From Asterionella formosa (taxonomy: Eukaryota): DNA of 32,804 bases. Location: contig NKIB01000410.1 of assembly GCA_002256025.1 (NCBI GenBank), positions 1-32,804 of the forward strand. The letters are read 5' to 3'. Positions 10,431-21,911 of this stretch are shown in pieces. The position numbers and the translations under genes were made by a program. Position 1 is the stretch's first letter; each line of letters begins with the position of its first letter. Below the pieces are notes generated by a model that was not told the origin of the DNA, searched no databases, and saw only the letters and a program-made list of their open reading frames with translations.

Positions 10431-13038
10431 CTCGAACCTAACTATCATCTTGCTTTCGAGGGTATCTAAGTAATTTTTATATAGGGGCACAGTGGATTTT
10501 TCGGTAGTCCAATTTTAGGTTTGAGGAGGGACCAATCAAACAACGTCAGGAGCAGAATTTTGAAGGGAAATATTAGAAATCGAAATGCACCAGCCACAGC
10601 CATCAAAAATGCACGGAGCAAACGAAAAATGATCACACAAGAATGTGTGTAACAGAAAATGTCGAAAACTTCGACATGATTTTTTTAACCAACCAAAGTA
10701 TAAAATGGAAAATGAAAGGTTAGACGTGATGATGAAGAACAGGGAGAAGAATAAATAGTGAAAAACAAAATGAGTTAGTGGAAAATTCGTGTGAAAAATT
10801 GTCAATGCATGCTCATTAAAGTTGTCTACTTACACATTATTCTTGTGTTGTTGCAAGGAAAGTTCAGAAAGGTTCGAAACGGTCCTCGAGGAGCAACAAC
10901 TGATAAATTAATCAGTTTGCAGGGAATGGGTGATAGATCGACTATGACTTTAGGTGGCACAGGTTGAGGAAAAATAGCTGGATAATAGGCGTTGTTTGGT
11001 GCTGGTGCCTATTTCTGTTGGTAGTATCCGGCAGGAGGAGGATGGCTTGGTGTATATGTTCCACTTGAACGAAAGTCATATCCAGAATCAACGTTATTGA
11101 AATCGTTATCGTCACTCCAAAATTCAAAAGGAAGTGACAAATTATTGTCAGCGATAGCATGTTTGAGTTCAACTGTATGAATGAATGAGCGACTGGCTTT
11201 GCAATGCATAGGTATGGAATGATTTGGGATTGGATGGAAGCAAACTGTTAAAATCTTATTATGGAAACAAAACCGACAATAAATTGTTGACATACTTGTG
11301 CTCATCACCAGACAACAAACTGGTTCAACCAGTGGAAAGCGACTTCTTGGCAGCATCAGGAAAAGGAAGAGCGAGTAGCAGGACGGAGTGCTTTTTTCAT
11401 AGGTTTAAAGCAAAAGAAATTTTTACTACAATTAGTATTATCAACCATGGTGGGAACAAGTCAAACATGACAACAACAATCAAGCAGCACATCCCTGTCC
11501 TCTCTTACTTGTAAAATACGAGTTGATGTAGACTGCTGGTTCTCCTCATGTTCTGTCTACTTGGCTGAGTTTGAGATACTAGGGCATTGGGATTGACGAA
11601 TTTTCGTTGTCATTGTAGATGATAATATAAAAGTAACAAAGTAATATTGTGACAATTTAACAATGAAACACTACAATTGTGGAGCAGCAGGAAAAAGCAA
11701 ACACATGAGCACTAAACCTTGCTGCGGCTGAGATCTGATTTGAGGTAGTGGGAAATGTAGAAAACATGCCAAAGAATTATAGTTGTATTTAAGGGCTGAT
11801 CATCATATCTGACGAAAATACTGAAATATTGGCGCCACCACAAAGAAGCAAGAACAACACGACGATAAGAACCTGACCTATGGTACCTGGTACAGTATGT
11901 ACCACGCTACATATCCTATATCATTATTTAGATGGTATAAGTCCTATATAACTAGTCAACCTTATAGGCTCTTCTATACAGACCATTTACCGGTACTTGT
12001 TTGCTCTCACTGTACATAGAGATTTACACAATTCACAATGTGTATGTATACCACGTCAACCATAAGTGAAAGGTGTACCCTTTTACATTACGCACACGAC
12101 TACCATGGAACCCATACGTACTAGTACATATACATGTACATTAGAGTGATCATGATTAGTACGTGATGCTATACACACGGTTACTAGTATGTAGCTTGCA
12201 GTACATATTGCATTATGTATCGGCAGCTATATGTTACGTGAAAACTATTGGTACAGATGTATCGCTAGAATAGACGTACCAATGCTAGGCTAAAACATGA
12301 CACCTAGCATGGACTCTTGACACCTAGTACATACCCTTCTCATCAAGACCCTTGTGAGTCCCCTTGGACTAGGAGCTAATATAGATACTACACTAGTCAT
12401 TAAGCTCATAATAACCCAGAACCTACTTGTTGAATCCTGACAACCACCATAGGGCAGAACCCCACAAGAAGTCGAATCATCCAACAACCAGCCACATCCA
12501 TTTAATGATGAATAACTACTTGACTGATCAATGAACACACTTTGTACAAGTCTGAACATGCTGGAAGATAGCAGGGATGTATATACTAGTGGAATTGCCA
12601 ATAACACTTTACAGAAAACCATCACTTCGTGCTTTCACGTAGTTCATCCTACTCTCCTCCAAATTTGGCAGTCCATTTTCCTTAGCTAGTAAGTAAACGG
12701 TAGTCCATTGATGGGCCATAGATATCAGTAATCCATTTCCCTTAAATAAATGGCAGTCCATTTCAGCAGGCCAATCTAGGGTTTATTGAAAAGATTGAAG
12801 ATAGTTTGGCAGTCCAAAAACAGAGCATATGAAATTTACAAAATACGTTTTATATGAAGGGCAATTGCAGGATTGAGTAATCCAAAAACTGAACAAATGA
12901 AATATACAATATATGTTTTACATGAAGGGCAATTGGCTACTAGTTTGCATCCAACATACAAACTACTTAAAATAGGTTTTCAATGTTAACTGAAAGGGCA
13001 AATATAGTGGCAAAAAGCATGCCAATAGTTAGGTTGTG
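10431..13038. mobile_element. Non-autonomous TIR DNA transposon (copy A) with AAT TSD and subterminal repeats
   Basis: Left end is CTCGAACCTAACTAT...TGCTTT; the right end reverse-complemented is CACAACCTAACTAT...TGCTTT. AAT flanks both sides (10428-30, 13039-41). Subterminal repeats include GGCAGTCCA and ATGAAGGGCAATTG. It is homologous, inverted, to 24318-26241. Confidence 0.65.
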
Positions 13039-13564
13039 AATTGTCTAGTTAAGACCGTACTTGGGAGGAGTCTGCCTACTTGTAATCTTGCGTACTCGAC
13101 TTCAGAGGCCCTTGCAGGTTGACGTTGTTGAGTCTCCCAAGCCTCGAACACAAGAATACTCATAGGCACAGTCTCCACCCTTGGTTGTGTCTTACCTTCA
13201 GCAAGAAGAGTGTACATAAAATGGTGATGGACATGTCTGCCTGTCATCAAGCAAAGGATTGCTCAGCATCGTCCCCTGATTTGGAGCGCCAAAACAAACC
13301 AGCTAGTCCTCCTCGTGAGATCGAGCTCGATGTAAATTTTATCATAGCCATAGCGAGAGGATAATAAGTAAAAGCACACTCCTCCTGCTGTTCAGCCTTC
13401 TACTAGTCTACCCCTGGTACCGATAATGTTTTACACAATGACTTGTTCCATCGCACCGCGTCGATAGAGTTCACATACCACAGCCAGCTGCTACTTCACG
13501 TACCTTGCCAGTGCAACCACCTGAACAACAAAATCCCCATTTTCTCTCCTTTTGTCCAGTGACA

Positions 13565-14242
13565 ATGAATAGCAATGAGTCCAGAGATCTCCGTGCTGCC
13601 TTACAGTACGCTGTAGCCCAAATTTGCACCGAACAGGAGCTCAACGCTGGAATTGAAATGAGTTCTGGAGCTATTCAAGCACTTGCGGAATTGGCCTTTC
13701 AGTATGCCACAACATCACTTAGCAATGACCTGCAAGCTTTTGCTTCTCACGCTAATCGAAAGCTGATCAAGGCTGACGATGTCATGCTGGTCGCCAGGAA
13801 TAATGAATCTCTCAAGGAAAAGTTGCTACTTTTTTCAGAGTCAACTCTCACGCCCACGAAACGACCCGTGTCAACATTGTTGTCCAACCCTGCAGTGGAA
13901 GTTAGGAATGTTACCTCGTTTCGAGAGAAACTCATTCGGAATATGGATAGTACACAAGAATCAGATAATAGCGAAGACATCAAGAACCTGAAAGGTGCTA
14001 CCTCCGAGGGTGCGTTGAAACGCCAGGACTGGGACAATTCAAGCAACAGTGAGGCTGAGTTTGAAAAAGAAAATGAACCGAAGCCAAAGCGAAATGGGTT
14101 GGATCGAAGTATTGTAATGTTAGAAAGTAGCTCGGATGACGATCAACCAAAACCACCTATGAAGCGTCTCAAGATAAAGTCTGTTCCTCGGGCCAAGCTA
14201 AATTCACCATTGAATCTTTCTGACACAGATGAAAGTATATGA
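13565..14242 (+). CDS. CENPS: Centromere protein S / MHF1 histone-fold protein with a long charged C-terminal tail
   Basis: LRAALQYAVAQIC...IQALAELAFQY...LSNDLQAFASHANRKLIKADDVMLVARNNESL matches the CENP-S fold. The first ATG is at 13565. Confidence 0.88.
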   Translation: MNSNESRDLRAALQYAVAQICTEQELNAGIEMSSGAIQALAELAFQYATTSLSNDLQAFASHANRKLIKADDVMLVARNNESLKEKLLLFSESTLTPTKRPVSTLLSNPAVEVRNVTSFREKLIRNMDSTQESDNSEDIKNLKGATSEGALKRQDWDNSSNSEAEFEKENEPKPKRNGLDRSIVMLESSSDDDQPKPPMKRLKIKSVPRAKLNSPLNLSDTDESI

Positions 14243-14539
14243 TTCGTGAAGCAAAATTCATGGACAAGGATCGGCGATCTGACTTTTATTATCCACAGAG
14301 GTTCAGGTAGTGCGAAGTATGATGATGGTTTTGAATCGGTCCGGCTATTTGATATCAGTGACCATTGTGAGAAGAAAATGCGAAATTTCAGATACTTTTC
14401 TAGTTCGTGCGTATTTTTCTCCTAACGAGCACCCCTTCACGAATGATAAGTATTGCGTCAGCAAGGCTCTAAAAATGGACCGGACTATTAGTGCTCTGTT
14501 CCAGTCTACTATACACTGCACAGCATGGCGTCTCTAGGG

Positions 14540-15811
14540 TTATGACAGTGTTACTTTTCCAGTCCTCGCACATTTGGGGGAGCAAAACTTGTGGTCACCC
14601 TTGTCAAACCCACAGTCGAGAATTCCATGATGACAGCTGGCACATTGCATAGAAGCTGCCTTGCGTTCTGCTTCCAAATTGGCCAGGGTCAGCTTCTCCT
14701 TTACCTGTTTCGTGATTTCGTCCTTTTGAGCCCTTTTCCTTTCCTTTGCTCGTTTGCGTTTGGCAGCCAACTTGGCTGCTTTTTCTACTGATTGATTGAC
14801 TGAATTATTTTCGATTGCTGGCTGTGGAGCATTTTTGCCGATCTTTTGTTCTTGTTCATTACCGACAAACTTAACTTTTTCGCTAGATAGTCTCTTGGTT
14901 TTAAGTTGCTCGTCAGCGATTCTTTCTAGCTCATTCCATTGCTGTAATCGCCACGCTTGGATTTCCTTTCGAGCCAACGCGAGTACGGCTTGATCCTGCT
15001 TTTGTTGAATGCATGTCTCCTCATACCGTGACTTTGCCTCTTGTTGTTGCATCCGTAATTCGTCTTGACGTTGTTGTGCTGCTTGTTTCAACATGGCCTT
15101 GCCTTGCTCGCGAAAATAGTTTTGTTGCTCCTCTTGCAGATTAAGTGCTTGAGAATTTTGGTGAATTCTTTGCAACAAAGCAACATCCGCGGCTGTTGGA
15201 ACAGGTGTACTGGCAGCAGTGGACAAGGGGGGAAATGCTTTTTGTAAATCATTCCAGTCTTGATTTTCCGAATTCACAATGATTTGTTCATCATCATCTA
15301 TCAACGTGAAACCTTCCATGGAATCAGTGGCGGATGATTGCTTTGGTTTCCCATCAACATCGTACAGATGAAACCCAGATCTTGGTAGCGTTTGTTTTTG
15401 TTGTGGTGTCATGGTTGACTTCGTCGACGTTTCCGCTCGGTTCCGCCGATAAACAAACAACCCACACAGGGCAGCCGTGGCTTCGTTTCTTAAATATGCT
15501 GCTCGTCGAGGATCTCCTATCGCCTTGCTCTGAATATTAGAATGTAGCCCAAAGGCTTCTGAAACTGAAGTGGACTTTGTCGAGTGATATAGTTGTATAT
15601 AGTCATCCAATCGTCGGGCGTCTCCCCATGTCAATGGCTCTCGGGTTAATGGATTCAGAAAAACTCCTCGACTCACAATGTAGGATGCGAGTGCAACTCC
15701 ATCAAAATAATGATGATGAAGCGAAAATGGAGGATAACTGAGCTCCTTGAGGGGCTCTAGCGTAATGGGACACTCGTCGTCCAGCGAACTCCACCAAGGG
15801 GTAGTTGCCAT
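14540..15811 (-). CDS. Uncharacterised protein: U-box/RING-like N-terminus, coiled coil, C-terminal Cys treble-clef finger
   Basis: ECPITLEP...YFD...NPLTREPL at the N-terminus, a Q/K-rich coiled coil, and CASC...F...KFCSPKC at the C-terminus, in a 423-aa open frame. Confidence 0.75.
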   Translation of the reverse strand: MATTPWWSSLDDECPITLEPLKELSYPPFSLHHHYFDGVALASYIVSRGVFLNPLTREPLTWGDARRLDDYIQLYHSTKSTSVSEAFGLHSNIQSKAIGDPRRAAYLRNEATAALCGLFVYRRNRAETSTKSTMTPQQKQTLPRSGFHLYDVDGKPKQSSATDSMEGFTLIDDDEQIIVNSENQDWNDLQKAFPPLSTAASTPVPTAADVALLQRIHQNSQALNLQEEQQNYFREQGKAMLKQAAQQRQDELRMQQQEAKSRYEETCIQQKQDQAVLALARKEIQAWRLQQWNELERIADEQLKTKRLSSEKVKFVGNEQEQKIGKNAPQPAIENNSVNQSVEKAAKLAAKRKRAKERKRAQKDEITKQVKEKLTLANLEAERKAASMQCASCHHGILDCGFDKGDHKFCSPKCARTGKVTLS

Positions 15812-16020
15812 GACTCTAAATAATGGTACCTAGTCAGTTCGCCAGCATGCATTATTTCACGTGCACATTCAATGTTGCTGGGGTTCATCCAAAACCACAA
15901 AGCGTCGCAAACAAAAAAAGAAAAATGAGCTTCCACCAGGGGTGTTAGGCCATAGACAAACGAGAGTTGCGACAATTGTAAGATATATACGACAGTATAT
16001 ACATACACCATTACTCCAAT

Positions 16021-16125
16021 CCCCACCGTGTTGATATTGCCTTGCTTTTCGATCAGAAATAGGGTGTCTAAGTAATTTTTGTTATTTCTAAGTACATTTA
16101 TTTAGCGGCAGGAGGGGCATGACAG
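16021..16125 (+). mobile_element. Left terminus (copy C) of the same TIR family as 10431-13038 and 24318-26241
   Basis: CTTGCTTTTCG...GGTGTCTAAGTAATTTTT...ATTTAGCGGCA matches the CTTGCTTTCG...CTAAGTAATTTTT...TAGGGGCA end of copies A and B. No right end was found. Confidence 0.5.
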
Positions 16126-16394
16126 TTAAGGCTAAGGCTGGTTGCATCAAAAAAATGATTATAGTAGCTCACGTAGCGCTGGTACAACATATTATCCTTA
16201 TCCCTACCGTAGGAAGGAATATCGCGCCGATTTGTTTGCTTCGATTGGCTCACCATGTTGCTCATTATTGCCGCCGTTTCCTGTGCAAAAGTGATTCCCC
16301 GAAGGCTTTTATATTCGTTTGTATAGTCATGAGTGAAATGCTTTTGGGGAATCACTTTTTACATGATATTTAAAAAGTTATAGCAATATCTGTT

Positions 16395-17376
16395 ATGGCC
16401 GCCATCAGTGACCCTGCCATTCATGATGTTTGGTTGCCGGTCGATCAATTCAGGGAATATCTTCACAAAAAGTACTCTTTTGACAAACGCAATCAATGCA
16501 ATCAATGTTATTCAGAATCGATGACACCGGACCATTCTGGATGACTCAAGTTGAACGAGATCAAAAGCGCCATGACTTGGTACTGGAAGGACAAACAATC
16601 ACAAGACAATACACAAAGGATGAGCTCCTTAAACAACTAAGGCAAAGAGGAATGTTAGCAAAGGGTAAGAAGCAAGCAATACAGTCCTCTAAGGCGCAAG
16701 AACACAACTTACCAATTGAAGAGACTAAAGCAAAAGTTATCGAAGGATGGGAAAATAAACCAAAGGGTCTGTTGCAGGTACTTTGGGAGCGTGGATTTAT
16801 TGACGAATTGAGATTGGAGACCTACACGTTGAATGGAAAGCAGGATGCATTTGCATTTGTGCAGAAAGACTTTTCTTTGAAGTTGCTGAAGGGAAACTAT
16901 CTTGATTTCGAGGAAGTGGAGATACTATTGCAGTCAATGTGAAGGGAAATGGGAGTACTTGTTGACCGAACGCCGAAATGTCACTGTGAACTTGCAACAG
17001 AGGGAATCGAGTATTCTTGGGGTTGCGCCAAGAATTTTTATTGTCGGGTTTCTCTGAAGAGGAAAAAGGGTAAAGAGGACTTCAGGTCTGTGGTGCGAGA
17101 GAGCCTGTCAAAAGACAAAGTGTTAACAACAAAAAGGATAAGAAATTTTTCGAGGCGAGCAAGACAATATATATTTTATTTTGTGCATACTTAAAGATTT
17201 GGAAAGATCTGGAAGAACAACAACATGACAGGATGGACGCCGAAGTTGACACAACAACACATGAAGCGGACCCCATCAGTGTTGAGAAGCTTGTCAAACA
17301 ATTCAAAACACACCGCTGTGCTCTCAGTTTCGACACAACGTTCTGCAAGGCAGCCTATGTCAACGATCTAACATAG
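16395..17376 (+). pseudogene. IS630/Tc1/mariner-like DDE transposase remnant, C-terminal part
   Basis: GWENKPKGLLQVLWERG, TPKCHCELATEGIEYSWGCAK and EKLVKQFKTHR motifs. There is an in-frame TGA at 16940 and a frameshift near 17180. A short N-terminal piece from ATG 16395 suggests an internal deletion. Confidence 0.75.
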
Positions 17377-17755
17377 CAAACAAAAGAGCAACGGCACTCC
17401 CTCTATTCCGGTATAGTTGCAAGACACTCAGCGACTAACCCGGCTTGATCCACATCCTTGAAAGAAGCCTCTGTAGAAGAAATATAAAATTTCCACATGA
17501 GACGACGCAGGCTAATGGTATACCGGTTAGATTCGTATGTTTAGGCCGACTATCCAAGTGGGGTTAAGGCAGGACACATGCCCTTATGACGGTTGCAACG
17601 AATGCTGAGCTGAGCAAAGGGTTCGTGCGACCTGCAATGAAATCAGCGCCGACTGTAATGGCGGCATCGAGGACGATGTTACCAAAAGGATTCGACTTGC
17701 CTGGCAAGTTAATTTTTCTTCTCTGCTCCGTTGCTAAGCGGTGAGAACAAGGCTG

Positions 17756-17860
17756 ATCAACAATCAACAATCAACAATCAACAATCAACAATCAACAATC
17801 AACAATCAACAATCAACAATCAACAATCAACAATCAACAATCAACAATCAACAATCAACA
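17756..17860. repeat. Perfect heptanucleotide repeat (ATCAACA)15
   Basis: 105 nt counted directly. Confidence 0.95.
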
Positions 17861-19863
17861 ACAACAAATGTCCGAAACACTCATCAAAAAACGAAGAATT
17901 TAGGTGCATATATTTCATAATTTATTGCCACAATTCTGCAAGATGGAAGTGTTTCTACCATTTGCGGAGTCTGTACCACTTCCGTTGGTGTGCCGCACTG
18001 GTCCCTTTGTGTCGCCTTTCTTCGAGCACCCATAGTTGCATTACGCTCAGTGACTAACCCGGCTCAATCAAGGAAGCCCTCTGTTAAAGCAATATGCATT
18101 TTCGGCGTGAGACGATGCAAGCAATGGCTGGATGCATCATGAAACTACATTGGGTAGCCATCATAGCTACCGGTACAAAATAATTCTGGCTACCAGTACA
18201 ACATAATTTTAGCTTAAGTAAAATGTTCTATATAAATAATATACAGATGAATAAAGTTTATGTACACATGCATCCACGATCTCGTTGTTGTCGTTGTTGC
18301 ATTCATTCATGATGAACATGAAATCGAAATCCATTGTGCAGCGATGGGTGTGAAATCAATGTTGTGTCTTCATTGCAACTACTATATGATTTTTTAGACA
18401 TTCCTGTACAGTTTCAACTCCAGCTTGCCCACTATCAAGCTCAAGAGTGTGAGACATTGGTCATGATGTAGGCATGGATCTCCATTCCCAACAAGAAATA
18501 GTTCATATATAACAAAACAAATTGTGTCGTCCTGTGCCTCTTCCGGTGTTTAATAGTAGCGCTACTCATGGAGGAAAGAAAGCTATTTGAAGTGGCACGG
18601 AGGGATGTTCTATTGTTGAGTAAAGCAACAGAATAAAAACAACATGATGGATGTGATTATAACATGCCAATCCAGGCGCAAAATATTATATACCATAGGT
18701 TTAGGGTTCATGCTGATACCAGGCCTACAGGGTTTACCCAGTGGCCCAAAAATTGCATCCAGCCATATGGTTATGTCGGTTAGGTCAGTTTAGGCGAGAT
18801 AACGCTAAATAGCTGTATAAATGTGCATCATTTTGCTTTGAAACAATTTTGCTGCAGTGTGTCGTGTAGTCTACCGGTAGTCATGATTGTTGAACTATGA
18901 TATTTAGTGAAAGTATGTCTGTTTGCAGTACTGGTACTGGTACCAAGGTACTGTTTCGTTGCCGTGGAGGTGATACCAGTATTCTGAAGGAACTGCTATG
19001 TAGTTCAAGGTACTTACTCGCTCATCTCAAGTGCAATGTTAAAAGTACCTACAGGTTGCGGTCATTTTGCTCAAATTTACAATTTAATATCAGATAAAGA
19101 TAGCTAAATCTTTAGTTTAAGCAAAATTACCGCAGCTTGCCTGTTCTCCGGCTGACACATTCTTCGTAAGTAACGTAAATGACTACTTGAATGTTATGTA
19201 CAGGTATGATTCGTACTCCCTCAACTCAAATGCAATGTAAAGTACCTGATGGTGCTCTACATATCGTAACAGATTCGTGAATCAAGTAAATGACCAGTTG
19301 AATGAATGACCATGAATCACTAGGGAGAAACAACTGTGACTTTGCCTGGTAGTGCTCTACTGTAGGAAGATAGCTTGAATGGATGATTTCTGAAGGTGAA
19401 AATGATACTTAGCATAGAGTCATTTTTGCGTATGTACCAGGTACGCACAATCGACAAATCAAAATTGCCACTTGATACGATACATCGTAAATGAAATATG
19501 TCCTTTCATTGACATAATATGTGGTTTGATTTAAGGGTACCAGGTAACCTGGTACCAGTTACCGGTATGGAGTAAAACTGTATCAATGGAATCCCATATT
19601 CGGGCCAAACGACTAAATACCGGAACATCGATGTCGCGAAGTCGGATTAGTGATCCCGCGGTATTCAAATTTAACGACAGAGGAACTCTAGGCACTCCTA
19701 TTTCGCATAAGTCACATAACGATACAGGCGATTGATAGCTAACTATAGCATCCATCATGAAAACATGTCAACAACCCTGATCAATCAATGAAAATTCTCA
19801 TTCGCGAAAATTATACAGTATTCTCGAATTTCTACTCATTTCCGAACAACCTATCGATCAGCC

Positions 19864-20265
19864 ATGAGCTTTAATTCCTCGAGTAGCGCTTGTGAAACAG
19901 TTGAGCGCAAGAGATTAGAGGCCAAAGCCTTTCTCGCCAATGCTTGGAGCGAACAGAGGCAAGCAAACGATGAGGCAACAACTCTGGAACTTGAAAACGA
20001 AGCACTCAGATTACAGGTTACATCTTTTCCAACCATCTTTCAAATGAAGAATCAGGTTCGTCGGCTGACAAGGACCTGTGAGTCACTGGATTCCGAGATT
20101 CATGATTTGCAGAAGAAGCTTGCTATGATGAAGCATAAATCTATGAAGCTACTTCAGAGTCTGAAGACGCTGGCCAAGGCAAACACGACGAAATCAAAGG
20201 GACTATCTGGAGAAATGGCCGTTCGATCCCAAAGTTTGACTTCTTCAGCCTTGACTTGCTCATAG
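19864..20265 (+). CDS. Hypothetical coiled-coil protein, 133 aa
   Basis: ATG-started ORF with a heptad-like leucine pattern. No recognised domain. Confidence 0.5.
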   Translation: MSFNSSSSACETVERKRLEAKAFLANAWSEQRQANDEATTLELENEALRLQVTSFPTIFQMKNQVRRLTRTCESLDSEIHDLQKKLAMMKHKSMKLLQSLKTLAKANTTKSKGLSGEMAVRSQSLTSSALTCS

Positions 20266-21911
20266 ATTCATAGATTTTCCTTGATCCTGACTACTCTAGG
20301 TAGCTGGACAACAATTTTTGACATTTCATTGTGAACGAAATCCATTCTTCTTGCAAGCAAATAAACACAATAGATAGCTTGATAATAAATGTAGTTATTC
20401 GACAAAAGAGGCAGTCTAAAGCAAGGGGGTACAGTAAATAACAAAGCTGAGAAGGGTTCAATACTAGCATGATTATTTCCGGATTTTTAGATAGACGCTT
20501 ATGACTGTCTCATGTTATCATTTGATACCATTTTGTTGTAGCTCGTCCAAGACAATTCAATTGTTTGCCTACATGCGTCATTGCTTGCACAAAGGAACTC
20601 GTATCATTAAATTTAACAGTTCTGTGACGCCCCTGAGATAAATAAAATCCAGAAGTGATAAGACTTAAACAACCATATGAAATAAGAGTATATGCAGCCA
20701 GCATGATGGCAGCTTGCACCGGGATATACGTTTGCTCTATTGACTAGAGTCCCTACAGTGAAAACCCCTTCTGGCACAGAGCTCGTTGCTATCAGCAATC
20801 TTCTGAAAGTGGCAAGTGTGGTATTTCATATTGATTACTCATAACTGTACCCTGCTAAATTTGAAATCAAAACAAAATATAGAAGGCATTGGAACTTCCA
20901 ACAATGAAAATTGCAGTATCTGATCCAAGCAAGACACAATTGACTGGGTCACCAACTGACATTCTGTCGATGTCTACAAGTAAAATACATTAATTGAACC
21001 CCACTACCTTCTCTGCACCTTGCATATTGGCACCTTCTCTGGCAGTGACAAAATAAAATTCCCAGACATCTCTACCAAAACATACGAACGCACACTGACA
21101 AGGCAGGGAGTTTTTAGTGCAGAGGCACTGACGTCCAACAGGCTGAACAAGCAGCATCATTCTCGTGGTCTACTTTTTCTTTTCATTCAATGGGGGGCGT
21201 ACTAGTAGGACATGACCGAAAGAGGCTGACCCCCAGGGACTTATTGTTAGTTGATATATTTTGAGGTCCCATGACCTCAGAATAGCCTGGCACATGAACA
21301 TACCTGAAAGGCGTAAGAGATGAAAAGAAATCAAAGAAGAATGCACTGCATTGTTGGTGGAAATGGTTACGATTCGAATAAATTCCATGGTATTTCTTGT
21401 TACAATTGCATACCAACAACCTGTCCCACATAATCCAAGAACCCTGGTGTTGATCATATTCCAAAACACGATGGAGCAGCAGTGAAGGCCTGACCAGCAA
21501 AAAGAACATAAACATTGATCAAACACATTTTTGTTGACACACAGAATGCGCTTCCTTCGGGAGAGTGAGAATCCTTACTGGTAACTCTTGAGAACACGAC
21601 AAGCACTATAAGGAGAGCTGAAACGACGACATGCTTGTTCACTCATACTGAAATCTATATGTAGCAAACATGTGAACAAATTAGAAAACCAACAAACTTT
21701 TGACTTCTCTAATTTCAATGAAATTGCATTGCCAGTGGATATGATCGTTATCCAGATGTCTTAACTAATAAAAAGTGTGAAATAAGTAAGAGTTATTAAC
21801 ATCGTGGTTGCTATAAAATTAGATTGCTCCTTCATAATAGAAAGGAATATAAACGGACCAGCAAGTTTCATTTGATGTGATACCTGCTTCTCTAATCTCT
21901 AATTTTGCTTT

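Noticed and set aside
17731..18057. QQSTINN-repeat protein
   Set aside because: It is a translation of the 7-mer repeat, with a non-ATG start.
20510..21642. Possible spliced minus-strand gene starting MNKHVVVSALLIVLVV
   Set aside because: It has a signal-peptide-like start and some GT-AG candidates, but I could not assemble a stop-free model or recognise a domain.
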